This document shows positions 7,833 to 16,661 of a stretch of 32,000 nt of DNA, piece by piece. Within the stretch, counting starts at the first letter, position 1. Each line of letters opens with the position of its first letter. The notes under the pieces were generated by a model. The model was given only the letters and a program-made list of their open reading frames with translations, was not told the DNA's origin and ran no database searches. Position numbers and translations under genes: made by a program. Source of the DNA: Parasynechococcus marenigrum WH 8102 (lineage in GTDB: Bacteria > Cyanobacteriota > Cyanobacteriia > PCC-6307 > Cyanobiaceae). The stretch spans positions 1,740,001 to 1,772,000 of the forward strand of contig NC_005070.1 in the NCBI RefSeq assembly GCF_000195975.1, written 5' to 3'.

Positions 7833-9044
7833 CGTCGTCGTCTCGTCACCGGAGGCTTCGATCAGTCCCAGGGCGCGGGCCAGCGGTTGAGCCGTGAGGC
7901 CCTGGAGGCCAACGGTCATCAGGATGGTCAGGAAGACCAGGCCCTGCAGGCGGCCAGCACCGAGGATTCCGGCCTGCTCCAGCCTGATGGCAAACAAGGA
8001 CGCCACCGACGCAGTGACGATCCCCCGTGGTGCCAGCCAGCCGAGTAAAAGCTTCTGGGGGAGATTGAGCGGTAGTCCCACCGTCGCCACACCCACCGCA
8101 ATGGGGCGGACCACAAGCATCAGCACGAGAACGCAGCTGATTCCACCCCAACCCAATGGGCTGAGTTCCGCCCAGGACACGTCAGCGGCAAGCAGCGGGA
8201 ACAGCATCGTGATCGCCAGTTGCGCCAACTCCTGAATCAGACCATCCAGATCAGCCGTGTGCACCGTCTGGCGACGTCCAACCACGATCCCCGCCGCCAC
8301 AGACGCCGGCAGAGCCGATTCCGGCAACAGCCACTCGCTGAGGCCGTACATCAGAAACAACATTCCCAGCGTGAGCTGTAGTGGCAGGCCGGAGGACTGA
8401 TCGGGCTTCAGCCGCTGCAGCAGTTCCGACAGCAACCACCCGACACTCGCGCCGATCAGGACCCCCCCACCGAGGCGTTCCAGCAGACCCAGCACCAGTT
8501 CGCGCCAGCCGTGCAGGTTGCCAAGGACCAACTCCAGTAGCAGCAGCGCCAGCACTGCACCGATCGGCTCGAGCACCAGTCCCTCCGCCTCCAGCACATC
8601 CCCCAAAGGAGCAGCCAGTCGGATCTGACGCACCAGGGGCGTCACCACCGTGGGGCCGGTGGCGAGAACGATGGCGCTGAACACCGCAGCAACAGACCAG
8701 CTCAGACCGGCAAGCCAGTGGGCCGCCAGCAGCCCTGCACCGAGGGAGATCAGCAACCGCAGCACAGCGATCCGCTTCACGGTCGCCCGGATCGTGTCCC
8801 CCGGCAGTCGCAGGTTGAGGCCGCCATCAAACAGAACCAGGCTCACCAGAAGGCCGACCACCGTGCCAAGCCCCGGGCCCAGATCCAATGGCTCCACCAG
8901 GCCGAGGCCGGACCGACCGATCAACAGCCCGGAGAGCAGCAGCAACACAACCCCCGGCAGTCCTGAGACCGCCGCCAGCAACCGTGCACTGGCCCCGGCA
9001 AACACCGTGACGCCCCAGAGGAGACCCAGCCGCTCAGGCGTCAT
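7779..9044 (-). CDS. nhaP: Na+/H+ (cation:proton) antiporter, CPA1/NhaP-type
   Basis: Polytopic membrane protein of ~420 aa with the typical ...[16 protein letters not shown]... N-terminal helix. The ORF-track start at 9071 is GTG, and I prefer the ATG at 9044 ([11 protein letters not shown]...). Confidence 0.75.
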   Translation of the reverse strand: MTPERLGLLWGVTVFAGASARLLAAVSGLPGVVLLLLSGLLIGRSGLGLVEPLDLGPGLGTVVGLLVSLVLFDGGLNLRLPGDTIRATVKRIAVLRLLISLGAGLLAAHWLAGLSWSVAAVFSAIVLATGPTVVTPLVRQIRLAAPLGDVLEAEGLVLEPIGAVLALLLLELVLGNLHGWRELVLGLLERLGGGVLIGASVGWLLSELLQRLKPDQSSGLPLQLTLGMLFLMYGLSEWLLPESALPASVAAGIVVGRRQTVHTADLDGLIQELAQLAITMLFPLLAADVSWAELSPLGWGGISCVLVLMLVVRPIAVGVATVGLPLNLPQKLLLGWLAPRGIVTASVASLFAIRLEQAGILGAGRLQGLVFLTILMTVGLQGLTAQPLARALGLIEASGDETTTSGEATLQPGEVLPDPGQ

Positions 9045-9279
9045 CGACGGATGAGAACTGAGGTTCCACACGTACGCCGATCACCGCTTCCGGCCGTACC
9101 ACCAGGTATTCGCCCTCAAGATCACTGATGGGCACATTGACGAAGCCCCCCTGCCCTTCGGCGTTCACCACCCCCTGGTACCACTCCTGAAACAGTTCGA
9201 GCTTGGGGAAGAACACCCGCTCGGTCTGACCTCCCACCAGATGGAGATGCACGGCATAACGTCGTGGTGTTCGGGACAT
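9034..9279 (-). CDS. Hypothetical protein (81 aa)
   Basis: The ATG start at 9279 overlaps the stop of the upstream DUF1643 gene (TGATG on the minus strand). The sequence MSRTPRRYAVHLHLVGGQTERVFFPKLELFQEWYQGVV... looks protein-like. No domain is recognised. Confidence 0.55.
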   Translation of the reverse strand: MSRTPRRYAVHLHLVGGQTERVFFPKLELFQEWYQGVVNAEGQGGFVNVPISDLEGEYLVVRPEAVIGVRVEPQFSSVDDA

Positions 9280-9905
9280 CAGTGCTGAACGGAAACCGAT
9301 GGAGTCTCCTCAGGATGCCCGATGGCATCAGTGCTTGCCCATCGGAATGGTTTTAAGAGACATCCCCGAGGTGCGTAAAGAGGATGGCGCGGCTGGCCGG
9401 AGCGGGTGAGCCCGATGGCCTGTGTCCCTGGCGCGAGCGGAAACCGCTCAGCCCGTTGCTGCACAACAGGCTTCAACAGATCCATCACCTGTTGCGCACG
9501 GTCAAACCGGCCACCGCCGTTCCCCCAGCCACACCAGAGCGCCCATGCCTCCTGGTGCGCCCACAACTGGCACCACCGCAACAACGCCGCGTCGGCATCC
9601 AGCCCGATGGGATCGCAGCACCGCCTCAGCACAGAGGGCGATGCAGAGATGCGGGCAAACAGATTGACCACCACCAGAGCGTCGTAGCCCCAGTCCCCTG
9701 CGAAGCCGATCAGACGGCGCAAGGTGGGATCGTCCCGCTCGGCATCAGCCCGAGAAGGATTCAATCCCAGAAAGATCAGAACCCTGCCGCCATGCCGCCA
9801 ACGTCGCGTCAGCCACCAGCGGAAGCATCCGTCGGCACTGATGCTGGCGTCAGACCCCCAGATGGGCCCGGCTGAGCTCAAGGATGCGCTCACTGGCCTT
9901 GCCAT
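9279..9905 (-). CDS. DUF1643 domain protein (start uncertain)
   Basis: ...DGCFRWWLTRRW....VLIFLGLNPSRADAERDDPTLRRLIGFAGDWGYDALVVVNLFA... matches the DUF1643 pattern (C..YRY.L.R.W...fImlNPS.A....D.T). The ORF-track start at 10004 is TTG, with ATGs at 9953 and 9905. No start codon exists downstream of the wecB stop, so the gene must overlap the wecB 3' end. Confidence 0.65.
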   Translation of the reverse strand: MARPVSASLSSAGPIWGSDASISADGCFRWWLTRRWRHGGRVLIFLGLNPSRADAERDDPTLRRLIGFAGDWGYDALVVVNLFARISASPSVLRRCCDPIGLDADAALLRWCQLWAHQEAWALWCGWGNGGGRFDRAQQVMDLLKPVVQQRAERFPLAPGTQAIGLTRSGQPRHPLYAPRGCLLKPFRWASTDAIGHPEETPSVSVQH

Positions 9906-10968
9906 CACCAAAGGGGTTAACGGCCCTGGACATCGCCTCGTAGGCCGCAACATCGCTGAGCAACCGCGAAGCCTCCTCCAGAATGACCGCTGGCTCGGTG
10001 CCAACGAGTTGCGCTGTACCTGCGTCCACGGCTTCAGGCCGTTCGGTGGTACGGCGAAGCACCAGCACAGGCTTCCCTAGAGCCGGTGCTTCCTCCTGCA
10101 AGCCGCCGGAGTCGGTCAACAGCAACGTGCAGCCCCTCATGGCCGCCACCAAACGGTCGTAATCGAGCGGCTCAGTCAGCACAACCCGTGGGTGGTTCCC
10201 CAGCAGGGCCTGCAGCGGTTCGCGCACGGTGGGATTGCGGTGAAGGGGCAGCAGCAGCGCCGCATCGTGATGTCGATCCAACACCTGAAGCATCCCTGAG
10301 GCGATGTCCTTCAGCCGCTCCCCCCAGTTCTCACGACGGTGAACCGTGGCAAGAATCACTCGCTGGTTGTCCCAGTCGAGACCATCGAAGCTGATCTGCG
10401 GTGCCGTTTCCGCCATCAAAAGCAAGGCATCAATCACGGTGTTGCCGGTGACGCTCACCTCACCCACGACCCCTGAAGCCCTGAGGTTGGCCTCCGCCTT
10501 CTGGGTCGGTGCGAAGTGCAGGGTCGCGATCTGTGAAAGAAGTCGTCGATTGGCTTCTTCCGGAAAAGGATCGAGCAGGTTGTCCGTGCGCAGGCCGGCT
10601 TCGACATGGCCCACGGGGATCTGCTCGTAGAACGCCGCAAGGCCAGCCGCAAAGGCTGTGGTGGTGTCGCCTTGCACCAGCACCAGCTGGGGTGGGTAGG
10701 CCTGAAAATCCTCGCGCAGACCCTCCAGGGCTGCACAGGTGACGTGGGTCAGGGTCTGGCGCGGGGCCATCAGGTTGAGATCCCTGTCCGCCGTGAGCTG
10801 GAACAGGTCCATCACCTGGGACACCATTTCTCTGTGCTGACCGGTCAGCACCACCCGGGTGCGCACAGCTGAGGCGTTCTGGAAAACCCGGATCACCGGG
10901 GCAAGCTTGATGGCCTCCGGTCGGGTGCCCAGGACGATCGTGACCCGGGGCTGATCCGTCATCACCAT
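9850..10968 (-). CDS. wecB: UDP-N-acetylglucosamine 2-epimerase (non-hydrolysing)
   Basis: 372 aa with ATG start. ...VTIVLGTRPEAIKLAPVI..., ...VLTGQHREM..., ...VLVQGDTTT..., ...GHVEAGLRT... and ...LLLTDSGGLQEEAPALGKPVLVLR..TERPE are the epimerase_2 family blocks. Confidence 0.9.
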   Translation of the reverse strand: MVMTDQPRVTIVLGTRPEAIKLAPVIRVFQNASAVRTRVVLTGQHREMVSQVMDLFQLTADRDLNLMAPRQTLTHVTCAALEGLREDFQAYPPQLVLVQGDTTTAFAAGLAAFYEQIPVGHVEAGLRTDNLLDPFPEEANRRLLSQIATLHFAPTQKAEANLRASGVVGEVSVTGNTVIDALLLMAETAPQISFDGLDWDNQRVILATVHRRENWGERLKDIASGMLQVLDRHHDAALLLPLHRNPTVREPLQALLGNHPRVVLTEPLDYDRLVAAMRGCTLLLTDSGGLQEEAPALGKPVLVLRRTTERPEAVDAGTAQLVGTEPAVILEEASRLLSDVAAYEAMSRAVNPFGDGKASERILELSRAHLGV

Positions 10969-11061
10969 TGAGGCAGTGCCCGGATCTTACGGCTCAAATT
11001 CAAGAAGGACTTGCCAGCGGAGCCATCGGGACGATCCTGAAAGCAGCCCTCCTGACGCACT

Positions 11062-12258
11062 GTGGCCCAGCCGGTCTTCCCCCCCAGCTTCCCGCCGCGG
11101 CCGAGGACGACATCGCCAACGCCCGCCGCACCTCCGGCAGCTCCCGCGCCCGTCGCTGCACCAGCGCCCGCTGGATCGCCAACGTCCACATCCCATGGCG
11201 CTCCCAACCTGGAGGCCATCGTCAAAATCGCCCACGAGGAGGGACACTCCGACGTTCATCTGGGCGTCGGCGAAGTGCCGCGGTACCGGGCCCGCGGGGA
11301 GATGCAGAGCACCGAATGGCCCGCCACCGACCTCTCCACCTTTCAGGGGTGGCTGCACGAGATCCTGTCCCCTCAGCAGATCGATGCCTTCTTCCGCGAG
11401 AAGGAGTTCGACGGCTCCCATGCGTTCCCCTTCGTGTGCATCCGAATCAACCTGCTCGACTCTCTGCGGGGCCCTGCGATGGTGCTGCGCCTGATCCCGC
11501 AGACCATCCTCACGATGGAGCAGCTCAAGCTGCCTGAGGTGCTGACCGAACTGGCCGGTCGCCCCAAGGGTCTGATCCTGGTGACAGGCCCCACCGGTTC
11601 CGGCAAAAGCACCACCCTCGCCGCGATGATCGACTGGATCAATCGCAATGAAACCCGCCACATCCTCACGATTGAGGACCCTGTGGAATTCGTGCATTAA
11701 AGCAAACGATCCCTGATCCGGCACCGGGAGGTGGGGATGCACACCCTCAAGTTCCACAACGCTCTGCGTGCCGCCCTGAGGGAAGACCCTGATGTGATCC
11801 TCGTCGGGGAGATCCGCGACCAGGAAACCCTCTCCACCGCCCTGGAAGCCGCCCAGACGGGTCACCTTGTTTTCGGCACCCTTCACACCAATTCAGCGGT
11901 GAAAACCGTTGAGCGGGTTCTTGGGATGTTTCCACCCGAAGAGCAGGACAGTGTGCGGCGTTCTATGTCGGAATCACTCCTGGGGGTGATCGCCCAGGGA
12001 CTGATCCGCACCACCGACGGGAAACGGGCCGCCTTCCACGACATCCTCGTCAACACGGACGCCTGCAAGGACTACATCCAACGCGGTGCCCTGGATGAGG
12101 TGGAAGAAATCATGGAGCGCAGCAGTTTCGATGGCATGGTGACCACCAATCAATCCCTGCAGGCCCTCATCGAAGCTGGCCGTGTGGAGCCCGACAAAGC
12201 GGTTGCCGTCAGTCTCAAACCCAATGAGCTGGCCCAGGCCCTGCGGGGAAGGAGTTGA
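11062..12258 (+). pseudogene. pilT: Type IV pilus retraction ATPase PilT, interrupted by an in-frame TAA at 11698-11700
   Basis: ORFs 11062..11700 and 11731..12258 are in the same frame (both coordinates = 1 mod 3). The first carries the PilT N-domain and Walker A [9 protein letters not shown] (11587-11613) and ends ...[15 protein letters not shown]. The text continues in frame as [38 protein letters not shown] (Walker B/Asp box) and ...TGHLVFGTLHTNSA (His box). Confidence 0.75.
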
Positions 12259-12438
12259 TCAGTTCCCGGCAAACACCCGAACGAGCAGCACAACCGCCAA
12301 ACCAGCCGACAAACCGATCATGGCCAGTCGTCCGTTCCAGATTTCAGCCTGAGGCGTGAACCCGCGCTTCCAGGCATTCAATTCATCTGACCCGACGGGC
12401 TCAGCGACGCCACCGGTCTTTTCGAGTTGCTCAGCCAT
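12259..12438 (-). CDS. hli: High-light-inducible protein (HLIP; CAB/ELIP/HLIP superfamily)
   Basis: Trimmed from the GTG at 12462 to the ATG at 12438. It has a single TM helix with the chlorophyll-binding signature ...FTPQAEIWNGRLAMIGLSAGL.... Confidence 0.85.
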   Translation of the reverse strand: MAEQLEKTGGVAEPVGSDELNAWKRGFTPQAEIWNGRLAMIGLSAGLAVVLLVRVFAGN

Positions 12439-12475
12439 GCTCTCAGTGCCTTGCGCCAACACCCTACGAGTGTTT

Positions 12476-13540
12476 TCAAAAGGCTGGCTGCTCGGTGTAA
12501 AGCTGGTCGACCTGCGCGAGAGGCCAGCGCGCTGACACCCCAGTCCTCAAGGAACAGCCCCGGGCGCCAGCGTCCCAGCGCAACAGGGCAGCGGCACCGA
12601 TCATGGCGGCGTTATCGGTGCAATACGCCAGCGGTGCCACCGAGACCCGCACCCCCACGGCGTTGGAGCGCTGTTCCAGGGTTTGTCGCAACCGGCGATT
12701 GGCCGCCACACCACCCACCATCACCAGCTCTTCAAGGCCATGGTCCATGGCACAGCGCAAACTGCGCTCCACCAGAACGTCCACCACCACCTGCTCAAAA
12801 CTGGCCGCCAGATCAGCCGTCGGCAGCGGACCTGACTGAGCCTCCACGGTGCGCAGCATGGCCGTTTTCAGCCCGCTGAACGAGAAGTCATAGGGATGGA
12901 AACCTCCCTCTGGCAGGGAGATACGGCCCTTTGGCAACTTGAACCGACGGCCATCACCCCCCTCCGCCGCGGCCTGAATGGCCGGTCCACCCGGGTAGCC
13001 AAGGCCAAGCAAGCGGGCCACTTTGTCGAAGGCCTCCCCCGCAGCATCGTCGTGGCTGCGGCCAAGCCGCTCCATCGCCCCATCCGCTTCGACGCGGATC
13101 AGTTCGGTGTGCCCACCGCTCACCAGCAGCACCAAGTAGGGCAGTTGGGGGCGATGCTCCGCCAGGTGCACCGATGCCAGATGTCCTTCGAGATGGTGCA
13201 CCGCCAGGAAGGGGCGATCACGCAGCGCTGACAGTGTGCGTCCGGTCACAGAGGCCACCATCAGTGCGCCAGCCAACCCTGGCGTCACCGTGGCGGCAAT
13301 CGCATCCACCTCGGCGAGGGTGGAATCCGACTCGTCCAGCACCTGCTGGATCAACCCCGGCAATGCTTCCACGTGACGACGCGACGCGATCTCCGGCACA
13401 ACACCACCCCAGCGGGCGTGCTCTTCAACCTGAGAGGCAATGCGTGCCGAGGAAACCTCGAATCTTCCATCGGCATCTCGCCAGACCAAGGCCGCTGCCG
13501 ACTCGTCACAACTTGTTTCGAGGGCTAGGACTGATGTCAT
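12476..13540 (-). CDS. tsaD: tRNA N6-adenosine threonylcarbamoyltransferase (Kae1/Gcp family)
   Basis: 354 aa with ATG start. ...[15 protein letters not shown]..., ...[16 protein letters not shown]... and ...VHHLEGHL... match the TsaD signature blocks. Confidence 0.95.
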   Translation of the reverse strand: MTSVLALETSCDESAAALVWRDADGRFEVSSARIASQVEEHARWGGVVPEIASRRHVEALPGLIQQVLDESDSTLAEVDAIAATVTPGLAGALMVASVTGRTLSALRDRPFLAVHHLEGHLASVHLAEHRPQLPYLVLLVSGGHTELIRVEADGAMERLGRSHDDAAGEAFDKVARLLGLGYPGGPAIQAAAEGGDGRRFKLPKGRISLPEGGFHPYDFSFSGLKTAMLRTVEAQSGPLPTADLAASFEQVVVDVLVERSLRCAMDHGLEELVMVGGVAANRRLRQTLEQRSNAVGVRVSVAPLAYCTDNAAMIGAAALLRWDAGARGCSLRTGVSARWPLAQVDQLYTEQPAF

Positions 13541-13619
13541 CGGGGTGGGGGCCCTCCCCTACTGTCCGCAAGTGACATCCTGCCCTTCAACAGGCAGCTT
13601 ACAAACTGGAATCGTTCTG

Positions 13620-14096
13620 ATGCGTCGTCTCTTCGCCGCCCTGCTCTCGGCCCTCCTGGTGTTCGGCTTCGCTCCCGTCGCCAAGGCTGATGTGGCCGGC
13701 CTGACCCCCTGCTCCGAAAGCGCCCGCTTCCAGCAGCGCGCCGCTGCCGCCACAACGCCCCAGGCCAAGGCTCGTTTCGAGATGTACAGCCAGGCCTCCT
13801 GCGGCGATGACGGCCTGCCCCACCTGATCGTCGATGGCCGCTGGAGCCACGCCGGTGATTTCGTTTACCCCGGAATCATGTTCCTCTACGTGGCCGGTTG
13901 CATCGGCTGGGCCGGCCGCGAGTACCTGAAGGCAACCCGGGGCAAGAACGCCGCGATGAATGAAATTCAGATCGACCTTGGCATTGCTTTCAAGAGCCTC
14001 CTTGCTGCAGCGACCTGGCCCCTAGCTGCCTTCGGTGAGTTCACCAGCGGAAAGCTGCTGGAGGACGACAACAAAGTGACCGTCTCCCCTCGCTGA
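13620..14096 (+). CDS. psaF: Photosystem I reaction centre subunit III
   Basis: The ORF-track start at 13440 overlaps tsaD, so I trimmed it to the ATG at 13620. MRRLFAALLSALLVFGFAPVAKA is a signal peptide, followed by DVAGLTPCSESARFQQR...GLPHLIVDGRWSHAGDF..PG..FLY.AG.IGW.GR.YL, the canonical PsaF sequence. Confidence 0.95.
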   Translation: MRRLFAALLSALLVFGFAPVAKADVAGLTPCSESARFQQRAAAATTPQAKARFEMYSQASCGDDGLPHLIVDGRWSHAGDFVYPGIMFLYVAGCIGWAGREYLKATRGKNAAMNEIQIDLGIAFKSLLAAATWPLAAFGEFTSGKLLEDDNKVTVSPR

Positions 14097-14126
14097 TCTC
14101 CACAACATTCCATCCATTAACGACCC

Positions 14127-14243
14127 ATGCAGAAATTCCTCACCACCGCTCCAGTGGTTGCCGCCATCTGGTTCACCCTGACCGCCGGGATCCTGATCGA
14201 GTGGAACCGTTTCTTCCCCGACCTGCTGTTCCACCCCATGTGA
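14127..14243 (+). CDS. psaJ: Photosystem I reaction centre subunit IX
   Basis: Not in the ORF track (38 aa). From the ATG at 14127 the frame reads [38 protein letters not shown], then TGA (14241-14243). This is the typical PsaJ sequence in the classic position just downstream of psaF. Confidence 0.85.
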   Translation: MQKFLTTAPVVAAIWFTLTAGILIEWNRFFPDLLFHPM

Positions 14244-14263
14244 TTGGGGCCTTCTCCAATATC

Positions 14264-14296
14264 AAAAAAAGAGGGGGATTTATCCCCTCTTTTTTT
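14264..14296. terminator. Bidirectional intrinsic terminator between psaJ (+) and gmk (-)
   Basis: An A-run (14264-14270) is followed by the stem AGAGGGG (14270-14276) / CCCCTCT (14284-14290) with a 7-nt loop, then a T-run (14290-14296). It reads as hairpin plus U-tract on both strands. Confidence 0.75.
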
Positions 14297-14302
14297 ATGC
14301 CA

Positions 14303-14863
14303 TCAACCCAGTCCCATCAATCCTTCCAGCTTCAGCAAAGCCTGATCAAGATCGTCGTTGACCACCACAGCATCGAACTCACCCTGGGCGCTTAACTCCT
14401 CGCGAGCCCGCAGCAATCGCTGCTGGATCGCGTCCTCTGAATCGGTGCCACGGCCACGGATGCGACGCTCGAGTTCCTCAAAGCTGGGGGGTGCCAGAAA
14501 GATCTGCCGGGCCTTGGAGAAGCTGCGACGCACCTGTCTTGCTCCCTCCAGTTCGATCTCCAGCAGCACCGGCCGCCCGGCCTGCAACTGCTGCTCCACA
14601 GGGGCCCGGGGAGTTCCGTAGCAGTTTCCGGCAAATTCAGCCCACTCCAGCAATCCACCCTCTTGAACAAGGGCATCGAATCGCTCCCGGCTGTGGAAGA
14701 AGTAACTCTCCCCCTCACGCTCTCCCTCCCGAGGCGCACGGGTGGTGGCCGACACGGACACCCAGATGCTGGGGTTCCGCGCCAGAAGGCGTTGGACCAA
14801 CGTTCCCTTCCCGACGCCGCTCGGCCCGGTGATCACCGTGAGGGTGCCCATGCCGTCTGACAT
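14303..14863 (-). CDS. gmk: Guanylate kinase
   Basis: The ORF-track start at 15091 is an over-extension, so I trimmed it to the ATG at 14863 ([23 protein letters not shown]..., P-loop). ...[16 protein letters not shown] and ...EWAEF.GN.YGT are guanylate kinase blocks. Confidence 0.9.
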   Translation of the reverse strand: MSDGMGTLTVITGPSGVGKGTLVQRLLARNPSIWVSVSATTRAPREGEREGESYFFHSRERFDALVQEGGLLEWAEFAGNCYGTPRAPVEQQLQAGRPVLLEIELEGARQVRRSFSKARQIFLAPPSFEELERRIRGRGTDSEDAIQQRLLRAREELSAQGEFDAVVVNDDLDQALLKLEGLMGLG

Positions 14864-14938
14864 CACTGCATCGTCGTGGCCCAGCAGAGTAGGAAGCCCC
14901 CTGAACGACGGGTGAGCAGCACGGCACGGCTTCAGTTG

Positions 14939-16633
14939 ATGGACCTCACCACCCTGCGGGCGGTGCTGAGTGACCTTCGTCCCAAGCTGCTGCCCAGCCG
15001 GTTCGAGAAGGCTCAACAACCGGATCCAGCCACCCTGCAACTCGGGTTCCGCAGCCTGCAGGGCATGCTCTGGTTGGAGCTGAGCTGGCAAGCGGATGCT
15101 CCGCGATTGGTGCAGATCCCACCGGCTCCGCGGCAGGGTGCCGGCAGCACCCTTTCACAGCAGATCCAGCACAGCCTCCGCCAGATGGCGCTGATCGAGC
15201 TGGTTCAAACGGGGTTTGAGCGGGTGGTGGAGTTCCGGATGGCACCAAGGCCCGGCGATGCCGTTCAGCGCGTGCTGGTGCTGGAACTGATGGGCCGCCA
15301 CAGCAACCTGCTGCTGCTGGGCGAGCAACGACAGGTGGTTGCCCTGGGCCGTCAGGTGCGCGACCACCAGTCCCGGGTTCGTCCCATCGGAACCGGTGAT
15401 GCCTACCTCCCCCCGCCACCCCTGCAGGGACAGGCCCCCAGTTCCACGGAAGGCTTTGAGCGCTGGCGCGAGCGTCTCCGCCTCCTGCCACTGCCCTTAC
15501 GCAAAGCCCTGCCGCAGGCCTACCAAGGCATCAGTCCTCCCCTGGCCAGGCAACTGGCCGGTGAGCGGCTGGCCACCTCAGTGGAGCAGCTTGAACAATC
15601 CGCATGGTGTGAGCTGCATCGCCATTGGCAGGCCTGGCTGGCCTGTCTCGAGACGGAGCAATTCAGACTTTTTCTCGATGAGGAGGGGTATCGGGTCTGG
15701 TCAAGCCATCCCGATCAATCCGGCGACGCTGAAGGCAACGAAGGGAACCTGGCCCTCGCCCTGGGTCACTGGTATCGAGCCCGGATTGACCAGCGCGATC
15801 TGCAGCGGGCCTGCGACGAGCTACGTCAGCGTCTGAGCCGCTGGCGATCCAAGGAAGACCTGGCTCTGGAGGATCAGCGCAGGCGACTGGCCGCCTGCGC
15901 CGACAGCACAGATCTGCAGCAGCAGGCTGATGCCTTGCTTTGCCTGCCCGCGCCGAATCGCGACGAAGTGGATCTGGCCCAGAAGCTCTACCGACGGGCC
16001 CGCAAGCTGCGGCGATCCAGCACCGTTCTGGAGGAGCGCATCCTTCACCACGACAGTCGGCTGCAGCTGATCAACGGCAGCGAGGCCTTCATCGATGATC
16101 TCCAGGCTGCGGCCTGGCAACCCATGGCGGCACGCCTGGAAGCCCTCAGCGATCTACGGCGGGAACTGGACGAGCTGCTCAATCCGGTGGGACGCCAGGA
16201 GCGGAAGCAGCGCCAGCAACAGGGCACACCCCAACCCCTGGAACTCACCAGCCCCAGTGGCCTCTTGCTGCAGGTGGGCCGCAACCATCGCCAGAACGAC
16301 TGGATCAGCCTGCGCCAGGCCCGCAGCGGTGACCTCTGGTTTCACGCCCAGGAATGTCCCGGCAGCCATGTGGTGCTGAAAAGCTCGGCAGGTCTGGCCG
16401 ATGACGATGATCTGCAGCTGGCCTGCGACCTGGCGTCATATTTCAGCCGTGCCCGAGGCAACGTGCGGGTTGCCATTGTGATGGTGCCGACGGATCATCT
16501 GCAGCGGATCGCCGGTGCCGGCCCAGGCACCGTTCGCCACAGCGGCGGGGAGGTGCGCTGGGGTGACCCACTCCGGGCCGAGACCCGACTCAGCAGCCTC
16601 GAGGCTTCTAGCCTGGCCATTAGAAAGGGCTGA
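14939..16633 (+). CDS. NFACT-family protein (RqcH / fibronectin-binding protein A-like)
   Basis: Trimmed to the ATG at 14939 ([13 protein letters not shown]...). The N-terminal NFACT-N block is ...[16 protein letters not shown].... A central coiled-coil region follows, then a C-terminal NFACT-R/DUF814 block ...[18 protein letters not shown].... Confidence 0.8.
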   Translation: MDLTTLRAVLSDLRPKLLPSRFEKAQQPDPATLQLGFRSLQGMLWLELSWQADAPRLVQIPPAPRQGAGSTLSQQIQHSLRQMALIELVQTGFERVVEFRMAPRPGDAVQRVLVLELMGRHSNLLLLGEQRQVVALGRQVRDHQSRVRPIGTGDAYLPPPPLQGQAPSSTEGFERWRERLRLLPLPLRKALPQAYQGISPPLARQLAGERLATSVEQLEQSAWCELHRHWQAWLACLETEQFRLFLDEEGYRVWSSHPDQSGDAEGNEGNLALALGHWYRARIDQRDLQRACDELRQRLSRWRSKEDLALEDQRRRLAACADSTDLQQQADALLCLPAPNRDEVDLAQKLYRRARKLRRSSTVLEERILHHDSRLQLINGSEAFIDDLQAAAWQPMAARLEALSDLRRELDELLNPVGRQERKQRQQQGTPQPLELTSPSGLLLQVGRNHRQNDWISLRQARSGDLWFHAQECPGSHVVLKSSAGLADDDDLQLACDLASYFSRARGNVRVAIVMVPTDHLQRIAGAGPGTVRHSGGEVRWGDPLRAETRLSSLEASSLAIRKG

Positions 16634-16661
16634 CGCGTCGGCCAGATCAGCCATCCCCTCC

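Noticed and set aside
11698-11700. Possibility that the in-frame stop in pilT is a recoding site (selenocysteine/pyrrolysine).
   Set aside because: The codon is TAA, not TGA or TAG, and no SECIS-like hairpin follows. A nonsense mutation or sequencing error is far more likely.
12439-12560. Looked for an HLR1 high-light regulatory repeat ([G/T]TTACA[T/A][T/A]-N2-repeat) upstream of hli.
   Set aside because: Only a single TTTACA-like half-site (inside the tsaD 3' end) is present, with no second repeat at the required spacing.
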